Below, one piece after another: positions 62,232 through 64,000 of a stretch of 64,000 nt of DNA. Numbering within the stretch: the first letter of the stretch is position 1; each line of letters begins with the position of its first letter. The notes under the pieces were generated by a model, which made no database searches, was not told the origin of the DNA, and saw only the letters and a program-made list of their open reading frames with translations. Source of the stretch: Stegostoma tigrinum (Eukaryota). The translations under genes were made by a program, and so were the position numbers. The stretch is from contig NC_081366.1 of NCBI RefSeq assembly GCF_030684315.1, positions 30,480,078-30,544,077 of the forward strand, read 5' to 3'.

Positions 62232-62830
62232 GCCTTGGCTCAGCGATGGCACCACAAAGTCTGAGTCAGAAGGTCATGGGTTCACAATCTATTTTAAAGA
62301 TTTGAGCCCATAATTTAGGATGACGCTTCAGCATAGCCATGAAGGAGTGCTGCATTCAATAACTGTGGTATCTTTTGAATTGAATGTTAAACCAAAGTCC
62401 TGTTTACTCATACAAGTGGCTGTGAATGATTCCAAGGCATCATTCGAAGAAGAGCTGTTGATAAAGTTGTGTTGCTGCAGTCGTCAATATTTATCCTTCA
62501 ACCAACATCATTAAAACGGATTTTATGATCATTAAACTCACAGCTGTTTGTGGAATCTTGGTATATACAAACTGGCTACCGTGTTTCTCAGTAAAGCAGT
62601 GCATTGGAGGAAAATATTTTATGTAGCAAGTAGTTTGATTTGGAATACATAACCCAGAGAGGTGGTGGAAACAGATTCTATTGTGTCTTTCAAATAAGAA
62701 GTGGATGAACATGTGCTAAACATTTACAGTGCTAATTATTTACAGGGCTAAGTGTTATTGATTGTTTTGTTAATTGACTGTGCGGCATTTTGGAACATTC
62801 AGAGGATTTGAAAGGTGCAATATAAAGCAC
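62232..62830 (+). mobile_element. Deu-domain SINE (SacSINE1/AmnSINE-like) with an internal CR1 fragment at ~62585-62750
   Basis: tRNA head ccttggctcag...gagtcagaaggtcatgggttc. Deu-like core atgttaaaccaaagtcctg...ttccaaggcatcattcgaagaagagc. Tail ggtgcaatataaa. Confidence 0.6.
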
Positions 62831-63504
62831 TTTTAAAAACTTTTCAGGAGGGAAAGTAATAACATGGGTTATATCAGGGTGTGGGGTTTTAGCCACCAGA
62901 GGCAGGTTTCCTAATTCACGAGCACTGTCACAGCAGATTGTCTTTTAGCGATAATACACCAGTTTTTTTTCCCCTTCCCTTTTTATTTACTGAAGGTGAT
63001 GAACTATACTGGAGTACAGCATCACAAACCCAGCAATTATATTCATTCTCCAGTTAACAACAAGCATTTTGACCACCTTTAGTTGAGCTGAACCCTATCC
63101 TTGCATTTACACTGACACACACAGAGTGGAATCCTGATCGATCATTGCCCATCTTAGCTGATGGCGATGGTAACAAATATACTGCTCCCTATGCTATTCA
63201 ATGGGATTGGCTAAATCACCACTGATCAATCACCTTTGTGTGTCTTTAGCACAAGCTTACATCAGATGTTACCTTTATGGGGCGAGTCATTGAAGAATTC
63301 CAATGAATGAATTAAGAAATAAAAGATTGAAAATCTTAAACAGGCCTCTGTGTCCAGCTTTATATTCATTCCTGTTAACTGGTAGTTTGCCCAGATTAGA
63401 TATGATCATGCATACATCCTAAACTGTCACTTGTTGTAATATCGGTACTGTAATTTATAATTTACTGAATTACAGCAGTTCAAAACAACTCAAATACGTC
63501 ACTG

Positions 63505-63615
63505 AAGAATAGTTTTGAGGAAGAGTCATAACAGACTCAAAACATGACTCAGTTTCTCATTCCATAGATGCTGCCATCCCTGCTGAGGTTCTCCGTCATT
63601 TTCTGTTTTTATTTA
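63505..63615 (+). mobile_element. Decayed Penelope-terminus mini-element
   Basis: ttgaggaagagtcataacagactcaaaac...agatgctgcc...tgctgag...ttctgtttttattt. Homologous to 28020-28126. Confidence 0.6.
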
Positions 63616-63944
63616 AAATATGTTAGATCCTGAACAAACTTACATTTGTAGGAAAAATCCGTCAGAAACTGTGCAACAATAGGTTATTGTTGGTTCAATT
63701 ATGTGCCTCTAATGCAAGTAAAATGCAGGAAATTCAGAGCTTTTCAGGACATGATTATTTAAAAGTCCTTTTTGGTAAAGTAGTAAAGTTGTACCTACAT
63801 TTGAAAATCATGCAGCCTTAGATGATAAAACTTGCTCACGTTAGGTGTCTTTTTGACTGTTTGATATATCATCCTCCCCTGAGCTTTCATGTCATCGCTC
63901 GTGTGTTTCTAAGTAGCTAAGCTGGGCTAACGTTATTATAGAGA

Positions 63945-64000
63945 TAACAAGGTGTAGACCTGGATGAACACAGCAGACCAAGCAGCATCATAGGAGCAGG
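63945..64000 (-). mobile_element. Penelope-like terminus, cut by the window edge
   Basis: caaggtgtagacctggatgaacacagcagaccaagcagcatca closely matches ~4017-4059. Confidence 0.75.

Noticed and set aside
35277-64000. The JADE2 terminal exon
   Set aside because: I found no long + strand ORF with JADE-like sequence after a good acceptor. The candidate acceptor at ~41905 reaches a stop within about 10 codons. The exon probably lies beyond the window.
1-64000. CRISPR array, prokaryotic operon, rRNA or endogenous virus
   Set aside because: I saw no regularly spaced repeat-spacer array, no dense coding, and no rRNA or gag/integrase/env motifs. The sequence is spliceosomal-intron DNA.

Overview
Vertebrate genomic DNA, most likely from a cartilaginous fish. 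The basis is an HE1/V-SINE-like copy, Deu-domain SINEs and abundant CR1, L2, RTE, Rex1 and Penelope-like elements. The only host gene I can support is an internal part of JADE2 (PHF15), the PZP-domain scaffold of the HBO1/KAT7 acetyltransferase complex, on the + strand. It has five GT-AG exons at 11394-11605, 14056-14223, 18174-18290, 20413-20931 and 35159-35276, which splice in frame. I could not identify the 5' exons or the last exon in the window. Everything else is intronic and mostly decayed retroelements, often nested, so most ORF-track entries are spurious or TE fragments. The main observations are: (1) several minimal hammerhead ribozyme motifs in Penelope-like termini and in ~100-230 bp noncoding mini-elements flanked by 11-15 bp target-site duplications; (2) a perfect recursive-splice motif (AG|GTAAGT) at the start of an in-frame JADE2 exon; (3) a JADE1S-like intronic read-through; (4) a young CR1 insertion with a twin-priming-like 5' inversion. 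Repeat boundaries were estimated by eye and may be off by tens of bp.
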